Shown here: positions 1 to 10,503 of the stretch, in pieces
How positions within the stretch are numbered: the stretch's first letter is position 1
Layout: each line of letters starts with the position of its first letter
DNA from: an uncultured Acidobacteriota bacterium
GTDB taxonomy: Bacteria; Acidobacteriota; Polarisedimenticolia; J045
Length of the DNA stretch: 64,000 bases
Assembly (NCBI GenBank): GCA_963702425.1
Contig: CAVPCQ010000017.1
Location: 96,001-160,000, forward strand
Reading direction: 5' to 3'
Made by a program: the position numbers and the translations under genes
Notes under the pieces: model-generated
What the model was told of the DNA's origin: nothing
Databases searched by the model: none
The model's input: only the letters and a program-made list of their open reading frames with translations

Positions 1-134
1 CGTCGTACGTACGCGTAGAGCGGAAACCAGTACCCCTGATACAGCCGCGCCAGCGCCGCGCGCGATCGCTCGGGGTCGGAGTCGGCGATGGCATCGACGA
101 TGCTCCAGCGCGTCTCGGGAAACGAATCGGCCAT
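1..134 (-). CDS. ECF sigma factor, N-terminal part (runs off window)
   Basis: Not in the ORF track. Manual translation from ATG 134: MADSFPETRWSIVDAIADSDPERSRAALARLYQGYWFPLYAYVR. The FPxTxWS...YWxPLYAYVR pattern is typical of kinase-associated ECFs; GGAGG RBS upstream. Confidence 0.8.
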   Translation of the reverse strand, partial: MADSFPETRWSIVDAIADSDPERSRAALARLYQGYWFPLYAYVR

Positions 135-414
135 GGATACACCTCCGATCAGTGTCGCGCCGGGTGCTCTGATTCGCCTCCCGGCCCGATGCAGGGCGAT
201 TCATCCGCGCGGAGCTACCGATCGTGACTCGACCAACCGCCCTCTCTGCACGGCTGGGAGCCTGTCCGAGTATTGACTCGGACCGGCCACGCGAGGGAGC
301 GAATTCCGGCGGATTCAGCCGTATCGACGGTCAATTAGGTTTTCGCTCCAGGGCGCTTTGCGGAGCACCGCTTGCATCGATCTCACTCCTACTCAAACGG
401 CTCTGAGATGGGTT

Positions 415-3333
415 CTAGCCGTCGCTCTCAGGCGTCTGGCTCGCGATCGCTGTCTCTTCCTCGTACCGGCCCTGGTCGTGATAGAGGCTGGCCAGGAGAT
501 CTATGGTCTCCCGCGTGTAGCGGGACTCGTTGCCATAGAGTTCGCGGCTGATCCCGACGGCTCCTTCGAGCAGCGGTTCCGCCTCCGCGTGAAGGCCCCG
601 CTCCTTGTACGCCACACCCAGGTCCCTCATCGCCCAGAGCGTCAAGATCTGCTTCTCGCCCCAGAGGCGGCGACGGATCGCGAAGACGTCCCCGAACTCC
701 CGGATCGCGTCGTCGAGACGGCCCTGTGTCCGGTAGAGTTGAGCGAGGCTGCGTCTGAGATCGAGCGTGGACGGGTGGTCCGGGCCGAGATCCCGTTGAA
801 CCGAGCCGATCGCGTCGAGGTACAGACGTTCGGCCTCCTCATACCGGTTCTGATCATGATAAAGGGAGGCCAGACAGCTCAAGGAACTCAGGGTGTAATG
901 CCACTCGTCGCCGTGGAGCCGCCGGCTGATCTCGACGGCTTCTCTCAGCAGTGATTCCGCCTCCCCATAGAGCTTCCCCTCCTTGAGTGCCATACCCAAG
1001 TTCCTCATGACCCCGAGCGTCCAGACGTGCTCCTCGCCCTGGAGGCGCCGGTTGGCGTCGAACACCTCCCTGAGTTCCCGGATCGCGTCGTCGCGACGGC
1101 CCTCTCTTCGGTAGAGCTGGCCCAGGTTGTTCCTGAGATCGAGCGTGGTCGGATGATCCGGCCCCAGATCCCGTCGAGCCGACTCGATCGCGGCGAGGTA
1201 TCTCGCTTCCACCTCCTCGAGACGTCCCTGAGACTTCTGGGTCATCCCCAGGTCGGCGATGAGCGTGAGCGTTTCAGGATGGGTATCGTCCCAGGTTGCC
1301 CGAGCACCCGCGAGGGCGCGCCGAAAAGCCGATTCGGCCTGGTCGTTCTGGCCAAGCGAGAAGTGGAGCCAGCCCAGAGTCCTCAGCAGGCCGATGGTCT
1401 GGGGGTGATAGTCGCCGCGGATCGTCCGGCTGATCTCGATGGCGCGTTCGCACAGCGTCATGGACTCGGGGCGACCGGCCCCAAGTACCTCGGCGAGTGT
1501 CTGCATCGAGGTCAGAGTAGTGGGGTGCTCTTCGCCGAGCGTCCGCCTGGCCAGGTCCAGCGTGCTCCGGGCCATGGCTTCCCTCTCCGCCAGGCGATGC
1601 GGGTGGGCAAGGGTCGGCTCCAAAGAGGCCAGGCTGTTCATCGCGAGGAGCGCGTCGGGATGGTCCTCGCTCCGAGACCTCCGGGTGATGTCGATCACCG
1701 CTTGATACTGCTCGCGGGCCTCGTCGAACCGGCCCTCCGATCGGTACGAATCCGCCAGGCTGAAACGGCAACTCGTGGCCCTATCGGAATCCTCGCCGTA
1801 CAGCTGCGTGCACAGGCGCAGCGCACGTTTCAGATGCGGTTCCGCCCGGACGTACAGGCCCGAGTCCTTGAACCAGTTTCCGAAGGTGGTTCGAACGGCG
1901 GCCTCGGCGCTGGGCTGACCCGCAAACTGAGATCCGATGGAGGCCTCGGACTTGTCGAGCACCTCCAGGAGCGTCACGCTCCGCCCCTTCTTCTTCGCAT
2001 CGACCGACGCCAGGATGTTGGCAAGGAACGACGAGCTGGCCTCGGATTGCTCGAGTTCTGCTTTCTGCTGACGGTTCGAAGCCACGAGGGCGAAGGCCAG
2101 CGCGCCCGACGCCATCACGACGCCGAAAGCGATCGCCGCTGTCAACGCCAACTTCGCACGGTTGCGTCTCGCCAGCTTTCGGAGCCTGTACATCGCGCTG
2201 GGAGGACCGGCCATCACCGGCTCATCGCGCAGGTAGCGGCTGATGTCCTCCGCCAGCGCGTCCGCGGTTTCGTACCTTCGGGTGCGATCTTTCGACATCG
2301 CCTTCAGGACGATCCAGTCGAGGTCTTCGCGCAGCTGCCGGGCACGCGCGCGCGTGTCCGTGTCGCGCCGGGCCGTCTGACCGCTGCGACTCTCAGGGAT
2401 GGAAGCAACTTTCTTGCTCGGGGGCACCGGCTCCACGTCCCGGAGGATGCGCTGAATCTCCGGCCACCCGACACGGAACGATTTCGGGTCGAACGGCGTT
2501 GCGCCCGTGAGCAGCTCGTAAAGAACCACGCCCAGCGAGTACACGTCGGTGCGAGTGTCGACGTCCAGGCCGGTGTTGTCCGCCTGCTCCGGGCTCATGT
2601 ACTCCGGCGTGCCGATCATCTGACCATGCCGAGTGAAGAACGTGCCGTCGTTGACGGACAGGTTCGTCGCCTTGGCGATCCCAAAATCGATGATCTTGGC
2701 CACCGGGGAGCCATCGACGAGTGTCACCAGGATGTTCGACGGTTTGAGGTCGCGATGAATCACACCCTTGTGGTGCGCGTGCTGGATCGCCCGGCAGACG
2801 GGAATGAACAGACTCAGCCGGTCCGGGATGGGGAGACTGTACCGGTCGCAGTACTTCGTGATCGGCTCGCCCCCGATGAGTTCCATCACGAAGTAGGGCC
2901 GCCCGAGAGCCGTCTCGCCCGCGTCCAAGGCCCGGGCGATGTTGGGGTGATCCATCAGCGCCAACATGTGGCGCTCGGCCTCGAAGCGGGCCAACACTTC
3001 ACGGGTATCCATTCCGGCCTTCAGCACCTTGAGGGCCACGCGCCGGCGGACGGGTTCCTCCTGCTCGGCCCGATAGACGAGCCCCATGCCACCTTCGCCG
3101 ATCTTGTCCAGGATGCGGTAGCAGCCGATGTACTCCGGCTGGACCTCGAATCGGAGCGCGGGCTGCCCGCCCGACGGACCGACGTCGAGGCGTGGCACGC
3201 ATGGGGGGCCGGGACCCTCCTGAACACTGGGCGGGAGCTCCGCCGCAGACTTGGCGCAGCGCGCGGTCGCGCGGGTGCTGGACGGAGTGTCGCCGACGCC
3301 GACACGACGATTGCGGTTGCTGACGTTGTCCAT
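415..3333 (-). CDS. Hanks-type Ser/Thr protein kinase with TM segment and tandem ~42-aa TPR repeats
   Basis: GEGGMG, VALK, HRDLKPSN, DFG, GTPEYMSPEQ motifs; LGxxHPxTL repeats. Start moved to ATG 3333 (GAGG upstream). Confidence 0.92.
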   Translation of the reverse strand: MDNVSNRNRRVGVGDTPSSTRATARCAKSAAELPPSVQEGPGPPCVPRLDVGPSGGQPALRFEVQPEYIGCYRILDKIGEGGMGLVYRAEQEEPVRRRVALKVLKAGMDTREVLARFEAERHMLALMDHPNIARALDAGETALGRPYFVMELIGGEPITKYCDRYSLPIPDRLSLFIPVCRAIQHAHHKGVIHRDLKPSNILVTLVDGSPVAKIIDFGIAKATNLSVNDGTFFTRHGQMIGTPEYMSPEQADNTGLDVDTRTDVYSLGVVLYELLTGATPFDPKSFRVGWPEIQRILRDVEPVPPSKKVASIPESRSGQTARRDTDTRARARQLREDLDWIVLKAMSKDRTRRYETADALAEDISRYLRDEPVMAGPPSAMYRLRKLARRNRAKLALTAAIAFGVVMASGALAFALVASNRQQKAELEQSEASSSFLANILASVDAKKKGRSVTLLEVLDKSEASIGSQFAGQPSAEAAVRTTFGNWFKDSGLYVRAEPHLKRALRLCTQLYGEDSDRATSCRFSLADSYRSEGRFDEAREQYQAVIDITRRSRSEDHPDALLAMNSLASLEPTLAHPHRLAEREAMARSTLDLARRTLGEEHPTTLTSMQTLAEVLGAGRPESMTLCERAIEISRTIRGDYHPQTIGLLRTLGWLHFSLGQNDQAESAFRRALAGARATWDDTHPETLTLIADLGMTQKSQGRLEEVEARYLAAIESARRDLGPDHPTTLDLRNNLGQLYRREGRRDDAIRELREVFDANRRLQGEEHVWTLGVMRNLGMALKEGKLYGEAESLLREAVEISRRLHGDEWHYTLSSLSCLASLYHDQNRYEEAERLYLDAIGSVQRDLGPDHPSTLDLRRSLAQLYRTQGRLDDAIREFGDVFAIRRRLWGEKQILTLWAMRDLGVAYKERGLHAEAEPLLEGAVGISRELYGNESRYTRETIDLLASLYHDQGRYEEETAIASQTPESDG

Positions 3334-3689
3334 CGAGGGCCTCGTTGCCCGAACCTGGATCGTCCCTGAGAGGTCGTCGTGCGCGCGCGAGCACAGGGGC
3401 CGGCCCGAGGACGTTGCCCCCACCCGGAGGGCCACGGGATGATAGCGCTTCCGCGAATCCCGTCAACTGTAGGGACTCACGCGTCGATCGCTCGGCGGTG
3501 GACGCTCGTGCGGTGAATCAGCCGCGCCTGATGGGCGATCACGGCGGCCGTTTCCACGATGGTTCCGTCCGGCTCCGCGCTTGCGCCTGCGTTGCTGCTA
3601 CTGTGTCCACCTGCGGCCGTCTTACGGCTCTCATGCGTCACCGGACGACGGAGGCCCCCGAAGCGACACCTTCGCAGAACAACGTCACC

Positions 3690-4320
3690 TGCGGCCCGCC
3701 TGTTCCTGTTGGCGGCGCTGGCGCTGAGATTCGATTCCGCGCGAGCGGCCTCCGTGCCGTTCGACGCGACGCGGAACGAGATAGCCGGCAGCGCCGCCTG
3801 GATCATCGATCCGGACACCTGGGACCGGCGGCCCCTGTACGGGCACGGCCCTCGAATCGAACCCCGGCCGCTTCCCGGTTCCGCCGCAGGCCAGAATCAC
3901 CGCCACGACGCCGGAGACGTTCTGGACCGGCGGGATCTCCGCGTGGGCGGTGGACCTGGTGAAGTCCGCGCATACGATCGAGCAGTTGCCGCACGGCGGG
4001 CGGATCACCGAGTGCCCTGAGTCCGAGATTCAAAGCACAATTCGACGGTTCTGCGCGCTTCTGGCTGCGTTGCTCGTCCTTGCCGTAGCCCAGGTACGCT
4101 GGCGTCCTCGCGCCTCGCCAGAGTCACGCAGCCCTCGCCGACTTGTGCCGCGAATCTCGGACTCAGGACAAGCTGGACCCCTCGAATCCGCAAGACCTCT
4201 CGCACTACGACGTCTTCGTCGTGGTCGAGCCGCAGAGTCCGTTCACGGTCGCCGAGAATCAGGCCATCCTCGACTGCGTCGCCGGAGGAGGCGGCCTCTT
4301 CATGGCCGGCGACCGCAAGA
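3690..4320 (+). pseudogene. Secreted hydrolase-like protein remnant split by a MITE
   Basis: Fragments across frames: AASVPFDATRNEIAGSAAWIIDPD / ITATTPETFWTGGISAWAVDLVKSAHTIEQLPHGGRIT / [insert] / DPSNPQDLSHYDVFVVVEPQSPFTVAENQAILDCVAGGGGLFMAGD. These read as one collinear extracellular domain. Confidence 0.65.
4013..4170. mobile_element. 158-bp IS630-type MITE
   Basis: TIRs TGCCCTGAGTCCGAGATTC (4013-4031) and GAATCTCGGACTCAGGACA (4152-4170), 18/19 match. The right end reads RISDSG like IS630 transposase C-termini; AG on both flanks. Confidence 0.75.
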
Positions 4321-4471
4321 CACGGCGGGCGGGCACGCTTCCGGCGCCTCGCCGGCCCTCCGCCGGCACCGTGTGTAACGAATCCCGGGGGATCGGGGTG
4401 GTTGGGGCAGGAGGACACCGGATACACCCACCTCTCAGCGACGATGTCGCTGTTGCCTCGGAGGACTCGCA

Positions 4472-5929
4472 ATGACAACGGCCAACCTCACGTTCGGCAA
4501 TCAGGTTTCGACGTTCCACGAAGACGCTCCTCATCGCCGACACCGCGGCACCCGGTTCCTGTGCTCGGCCGCCGCCATCCTCGCGATGATCGTCACCTCG
4601 ATCCCCGTCACTCTCGCCGCAGAAGACGAGGACCGCGGCGCCCGGCCTCTCGGAGAGGTCTCGCCGGACAAAGCCCTGGTCTACCTCATTCGTCCCAGCG
4701 CCTACGTCGCCAAGTGGGCGAAGTCGTCCGTCTATTCGGACCAGGTGTTCCTTGGGACGCTCCGCAACTCGAGTTACGCATTCGCGTATGTCGAGCCGGG
4801 GGAGCACCTCCTCTGGAGCGTCATGCAGGGGCGCGTGCTGGCGACCGGGCGGTTCGAGTTCATAGCGGGCAAGCAATATCACCTGAGGGTGAATCCTACG
4901 GCGATCGCTCTCGTCCCCGAAGAGGAGGCGCGCGGCATCATCGAGGAGGTCAAGTCGTACGTCACGCTGACGGAGGAGGAGCTCGAGGACTCGAAGAAGA
5001 ACCTGGACAAGAGGTGGGCCAAGGCCCAGGAGAAAGACGCCGCCAAACCGCGCGTGGCGATAGAGAAGATGGTGGCGGAAACGCCCCCGGCCGACGTGGC
5101 CGGGAAGTTGCGGATCCCGAAGGGGACCACGATCACGCTCGCGCTTCTCGAGAACGTCTCGTCGGCGTGGAACCAGCCCGGCGACAGCGTCCGCTTCCGC
5201 GTCGTCCACGATTTCGTCATCGAGGGCACCACGTTCCTGCACGCCGGAACGAACCTCGAGGCGAAACTCCGCGCGGTCGTGCGGGCCTCTGGCAGCGGAC
5301 GACCCGGTGCCATCGACATCGCGTTCCCGGGTGTGCGCGCCGCGGATGGAACGCCCGTTCCCTTAGTCGGGTACGCGATGAGCACGGGGAAGAACCGTGA
5401 AGGGACCGCGCTCGGCACTGCCAGCGTCGGTGGACTGCTCGGAGGACTCATCGGCACGGCGATCAAAGGGGGTGAAGCGCTGCTCCAGATCGGCGCGCTC
5501 TACGAGGCGACTACCCCCGTCGATGTCTGGGTCGACCCCACGCGCGCAACGCCACCCGCAGCGGGCCCTGCCGGCTTTGCGCCTCCCGAGCTGGCCCTGC
5601 CCTCGAATGCTCAAGAGGTCGAGTGCAAGATCAAGACGGGTTGCCGGGGCCTGGATGACGTCTTGATCCAGCTCCAGTCCGAGCTGCAGCCGTCGCGGAT
5701 CGCGATCCGCACGATCGATGGACGCGAGCTTCCGTCGCCGATCTCCGCGTCGGTGACGAAGCGGGAGAAGGACGGCCGCTGGACCTGCACGTTCCCGGGA
5801 TGGAGTGTCGTGCGGAATCTCCCGCTGCGTGAGGGTACCGCCTCGTCGTCCATCCAGATCGAAGGGAGTCTCGAGAACGGGACCGCCTTCAGGAGCGACA
5901 CGGTGGTCCCCGTGGTGGTTCGTCAGTGA
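4472..5929 (+). CDS. Secreted protein with DUF2846-like and TrbI/VirB10-like domains
   Basis: Signal-like N-terminus; PDKALVYLIRP...YVEPGEH; IPKGTTITLALLENVSS...GDSVRF; GGAGG RBS. Confidence 0.7.
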   Translation: MTTANLTFGNQVSTFHEDAPHRRHRGTRFLCSAAAILAMIVTSIPVTLAAEDEDRGARPLGEVSPDKALVYLIRPSAYVAKWAKSSVYSDQVFLGTLRNSSYAFAYVEPGEHLLWSVMQGRVLATGRFEFIAGKQYHLRVNPTAIALVPEEEARGIIEEVKSYVTLTEEELEDSKKNLDKRWAKAQEKDAAKPRVAIEKMVAETPPADVAGKLRIPKGTTITLALLENVSSAWNQPGDSVRFRVVHDFVIEGTTFLHAGTNLEAKLRAVVRASGSGRPGAIDIAFPGVRAADGTPVPLVGYAMSTGKNREGTALGTASVGGLLGGLIGTAIKGGEALLQIGALYEATTPVDVWVDPTRATPPAAGPAGFAPPELALPSNAQEVECKIKTGCRGLDDVLIQLQSELQPSRIAIRTIDGRELPSPISASVTKREKDGRWTCTFPGWSVVRNLPLREGTASSSIQIEGSLENGTAFRSDTVVPVVVRQ

Positions 5930-6044
5930 TCATCGGCGGAGAGAGACGACCGCCCGGGGGCGTGATCTCACTGCCCCCGGGCCGGCGCTCGGGACCGAGG
6001 CCGGGCTCGGCCTCGGTCCCTCCGCATCGTGAACACCGCACAGG

Positions 6045-7035
6045 TGTAGCGCGCCACGTGCGCCGTGAAAGGTCCGTTGGTCCAGCAGGTGCAAGTCCTG
6101 CCCCGGCAAAGGTCGTCCCGGCCGGGTGGCGATCCCAGCAGTGGTGGAGGCGACGAAGCGGTCGAAGCCTGGGAGAAAGAAGGCGACGCGAGGTCGTCTG
6201 CGAGCCAATAGGCCGCAACGCGAGTGAACACCGAGAGGGCCCCGAGAGTCACGATGCGAAGGCCGCCCCTCCCAAGCACAGGGGAAGGCTCCTACGGATG
6301 GCACGCAGTGAAGGACGACGCGTGCGGTCCGCTTCGCCGGGGTGGTGGGTGGCGGCATGCAGCGCGGAGCGGCGGGCAACACGGGAAGCCCGCTTCGGTG
6401 GCTGCGGCCAACGAGCGCGCGAGGCGCTCGGCCGAAGCGGGTGGCGGAGGGGCTCGTAGTACCGGTGAGACCGGGTAATGCCGGTGGAGGGATGGGGCCC
6501 TGGTTCCGGGGAGCCGACGGAGCAGCACGGGAGGGAGGCGATGGGCGATGAGCCTAGCAACGCCCGAGACGCCCCAGACGCGGCAGTTGACGCTATACCT
6601 GAAGGCCAAGCGAGAGTCGACCACGTCATCGTTCTCAACGAGAAGCACCTGCAGCGCCTTCTGGCCGGCCTCGCCTGGTAATACCTCAACGACCGGACGC
6701 ACTTGTCCCTCAAGAAGGATGCGCCCGCGGTGCGAGCTGTGGAGAGGAAGCCCGGTCCAGCCGCCGAAGTCATCGCCCTACCTCGCCTTGGCGGACTTCA
6801 TCATCGCTACGCTTGGCGCCGCGCGGCCTGACGATTCCGCTCGACCAATCCATCGCCGCGGCCTCGTGGTGGAGCGCGTGTGCCGTTGCGGACGGCGGAC
6901 CGCCGCCCTCTCTGTCAACCGGTGGGCAGGACCGTCGCCGATACGCGCAGGGGCGCGTTCGACCGGCGCGTTTGCCTGCCATTCCGCGCCGCGTGCGCCA
7001 TCAGCAATGCGCGAACTCGATATTGGCGAACAACA
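6045..7035 (+). mobile_element. TGT...ACA rve-integrase (IS481/IS3-like) remnant carrying a truncated group II intron
   Basis: Left end TGTAGCGCGCCA, right end TTGGCGAACAACA. Integrase C-terminal fragment DHVIVLNEKHLQRLL...RTHLSL...GGLHHRY; homologous to 60597-61014. Confidence 0.75.
6058..6614 (+). ncRNA. Group II intron 5' half (domains I-III plus first RT codons), truncated
   Basis: GTGCG 5' end at 6058; DIII-like GTAGTACCGGTGAGACCGGGTAATGCCGGTGGAGG; RT start MSLATPETPQTRQLTLYLKAKRE; no DV/DVI. Confidence 0.75.
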
Positions 7036-10000
7036 CCAGTACGGCCGCCGCACGCGCCGCCGGAAGCAGCAGTCCCATCCGCTCGGACTCGGCGAGCGCC
7101 GCCTCGGCCGCGGCCGCCGCGGCGTCGCCTTTCCCTGCCGCCGCGAGCGCTTCGGCCCGCAGTGCGGCGGCGGCGGGACGCTCGGGCTGCGGCGCCCGCT
7201 CGACCGCGAGGGCCGCGTCGAAGGCCTCGAGCGCTTCGGCCTTGCGTCCGCGCCGCAGGGCCGCCTCGCCCTGCAGGGTCAGCGCCGGCACTCGAAGGGC
7301 GGCGACGTCCGCGCCGGGAAGCGCACGCGGAGGGCCACGCGGTGCGCGTCGTTCCAGCGCCCCTCGTAGGCCAGCGCGACGCCCCGCGCCAGTTCCACCC
7401 GCGCCTCGAGGTCGGACAGACCGGGCGCATCGCGTACCGCGCGCCGGGCAACGTCGAGGTCCTCGGCCGCTTCGCGATCGCGGCCCAGCGCGGACAGCAC
7501 CTGCGCCCGCCGCACGCGCGCGTAGGTGACGTAGGCCGGCAGCGTGTGGGCGCTGAACACCGCGGCGGCGCGGGATGCGCCGTCGAGCGCGTCGGCGAGA
7601 CGGCCCTGGCGATCGAAGATCTCGGCCAGGCCGGCCCACGCCCAACCGGCGGCCTGGGAGGCCCGCTCGACCGGGGCATCGCCGGCAATCTCGCGGTACG
7701 TGGCGATCGCCGCGTCGATCTCGCCGCGCTGATACCGGATGTCGGCCAGCATCAGCCCGCTGGTGGAGGCGCTGTCGGTGCGGCCGAGCGAGCGCGCCAA
7801 GGCGACCGCTTCGGAAACGAGCGGCTCGGCCTCGTCGATGCGCCCCGTGTACTGAAGCAGGCTGCCAAGGTTGACGAGCGGGTCCAGCATGAGCGGCTCG
7901 TTCTGCAGCTGTCGCGCCACGTCGAGCGACTCGCGCAGCTGCCGCTCGGCCTGGGCGAAGTCGCCCTGCAGGTAGAACTGCACGCCACGGCGCAGCAGCG
8001 CCTCGCTCAACAGCGCGAGGTGCCCCGTCTCGCGCGCGACCGCCTCCGCCTTCTGGAGCGCGCGCTCGGCTTCCCGCGGTCGACCCAGCCGCAGCTCGTT
8101 GGCCGCGACTTCCATCTCGGATCGCGCCGCGCCGACGGTGCGCCCGGCGCGCTCGAACTGGCCCGCGGCAGAGGCAAACGCCGTGCCGGCCGCGGCGAAG
8201 TCCGCCTTCATGTCCGCCACCTGGCCGCGCGCGAACTGCGCGACAGCAAGACCTTCCGTGCTCTCGAGCTGGTCATAGAGCCGCTCGGCCGCGTCCAGCA
8301 CGGCCTCGGCCCGGGCCGGCTCATTCGCGAGCGTCAGCGTCTCGGCCTGGGCCAGGTACAGCGACGGATCGGCCGGCTCGCGCTCGAGGGCCCGCTGCAA
8401 CACGGCGAGGCTCTCGGTGAGCTGGCCCGCATCGGCAAGCGCGCTCGCGTGCAGTCGCAGGAGTCCGGCCTCGTCGGGGAACCGCTCGACCAGCGCTGCC
8501 GTCGCCGCGACCGCCTCGGCGGCGCGCCCAAAGGTGCGGGCCCAGATGGCCTTCAGCGTCAGCGACAGCCGCTCCTGCTCGGCGGTGCCGGCGTCCGGCG
8601 CCAGATCGAGGGCGTGCGTCGCCGCGTCGCGCGCTCGCGCGCCGTAGCCGGCCTCGTTCAGCGCCTCAGCGAGCCGCGCGAACGCCATCGAGTAGCCGGC
8701 GTCGAGCTCGACGGCCGCACTGAACCGCGCTACCGCCTCGTTGACCTTTCCGTCACGCAGTGCTGCCTGACCGCGTTCGTACAGCAGCCGGGCCTCGTCG
8801 GAGGCGGAGGTGAGATCGACGAGATCGACCCGGTCGTCGCGCCAGGCGGTCAACCGCCCCACGCCGGGCAGTGTCGTCCGCAGCTGCCTGGAAAGCCGTT
8901 CGGCCAGGGCGAGGGGGTCGCCGGCCTCGGCGCGCAGGGCCGGGAGTTCCGGCCGGCCGCGCGACGGTGCCGGCTCGAGCGTCGCCACGTAGCGGTCTCC
9001 TTCCTTGTACAGCGTGCCGGTGAACAGGTAATCGAGCCCCATCGCCTGCGCGACCCGCCGCGCCGCGGCCGGCTCCAGCGCCGCAGGATCGCCGCCCGCC
9101 GCTCTGGCGAGCTCGGCGGGGCCACGAACGCGCGCGAGCCGCGACGCAGAGAGATCGGTGGCGACGAGGTCGGCGATCATCGTGGCGTGCAGCGTCCCAG
9201 CCGCCTCGCCGGTGCGATCGTCGAGTGCCGCGATCGCGATCGCGAAACGCGGCGCTTCCCAGGCGGGGGGCGAGAGGAACCAGCGGGACCCCAGCGCCGC
9301 GACCGCGACGGTGGGGACCGCCAGGGCTGCGAACGAGATCGCGACGCGCCGGCGCCGGGCCGCGGCTGCAGCGTCCTGGGCCTTGACCCACTCGCCGCGC
9401 TGCGCGCGCTGGAGGTCCTCCGCCAGCGCCGCGGCGCTCGCGTAGCGCTCCTCGGGGCGCTTGCGCAGCCCGCGCTCCAGGACCGCGCGCAGGCCGGGCG
9501 TCGCATCGAAGGTCCGCGAGGCCTCGCGTGCGGCGGGAGGCTCGGTCAGGATGGCGCTGATGGTCTCTGCCTGGGTCTCGCGACGGAACGGGTGAATGCC
9601 GGTGGTCAGCTCGAAGCTGACGACCGCGAGCGAGAACAGATCGCTGGCGGGGCCCAGTTCCTCGGCACGGAGCTGTTCGGGCGACATGTACGCCACCGTA
9701 CCGACGATCGTCCCGTGGCGCGTCAGCGAGTCGTCGGCGGTCTCTGCCGTCGAGCCGATCGCGGACGCGGGCGCGCTTGGCCGCGCCAGCCCGAAGTCGA
9801 GCAGCTTGACGTGCCCGCTGCCGGAGACGATGACGTTGCCCGGCTTGACGTCGCGATGAACCAGGCCGTGCTCGTGGACCGCGCGCAGTGCCTCGGCCAG
9901 CTCCTCGCACCAGGCCAGCCGCTGATCCATGCCGATGGACGGGTCCTTGCCCGCCTCCATCAGCGTCCGGCCCTCGAGGTACTCCATCACCAGGTAGGTG

Positions 10001-10290
10001 TTGCCGTCCGCCTCGAGCACGTCGAATACGGTCGCGACGAACGGGTTCACGATCGACGCGGCGACTCGGGCTTCGCGCAGGAAGCGGGCGCGCACGTCCT
10101 GGCGCGCCAGCAGCTCCGGGTGGACCACCTTGATCGCGACGGGCCGGTGAAGGCGCGTATCCTGCGCCAGGAAGACCTCACCCATCCCGCCACGACCGAG
10201 CGGTCGCTCCATCCGGTAGGGTCCGATCTCCTGCGTGGGACCTCCCCCCTACGCCTCGGACGCTGGTCGTTCGTGGCCGTTGCGCGTCAT
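7036..10290 (-). pseudogene. Ser/Thr kinase-TM-TolB-like-TPR protein, lesioned (main ORF 7279-10212)
   Basis: GRGGMG, HRDVKPGN, DFG, YMSPEQ. In-frame TAG at 10249-10251 between ATG 10290 and IGPYR; frameshift near 7330; tail runs into the element end at 7035. Confidence 0.75.
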
Positions 10291-10430
10291 ATACGCCGCT
10301 TGGGGGCGCGGTTCAAGGGCCCTGCGACGCCGGCGAAACGCCGCGCCCGAAGGTGAGGCGGGGCGGTTGTCGACCGGTCCCACGGGGCCGATCCCCGCGC
10401 CGCGCCGTGCCCGACCGCGGCCCGCCCCCG

Positions 10431-10503
10431 CGGCCTGCCGTTCCCCCATCCCGCCGGTCCGGGGCTACGCTCTCCGCCTCGGATTCGCGGCTTGAATCGC
10501 CTA
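10431..10503 (+). repeat. Dispersed repeat, possible IS91-like oriIS end (other copies 13619-13652 and 15486-15545)
   Basis: CCGCCTCGGA..CGCGGCTTGAATCGC core recurs three times at element junctions. Confidence 0.5.

Noticed and set aside
560-1900. CRISPR-like periodic repeats
   Set aside because: These are coding ~126-bp TPR repeats, not identical repeats with unique spacers.
10249-10251. Amber read-through or pyrrolysine in the kinase
   Set aside because: The gene has other lesions and no pyl genes are present; a nonsense mutation or sequencing error is simpler.
6880-10356. Long antisense ORFs (also 1027-3369, 26043-27440, 27659-29320, 39459-42017, 44554-45783, 50877-52229)
   Set aside because: High-GC shadow frames opposite motif-bearing genes; no domain motifs.
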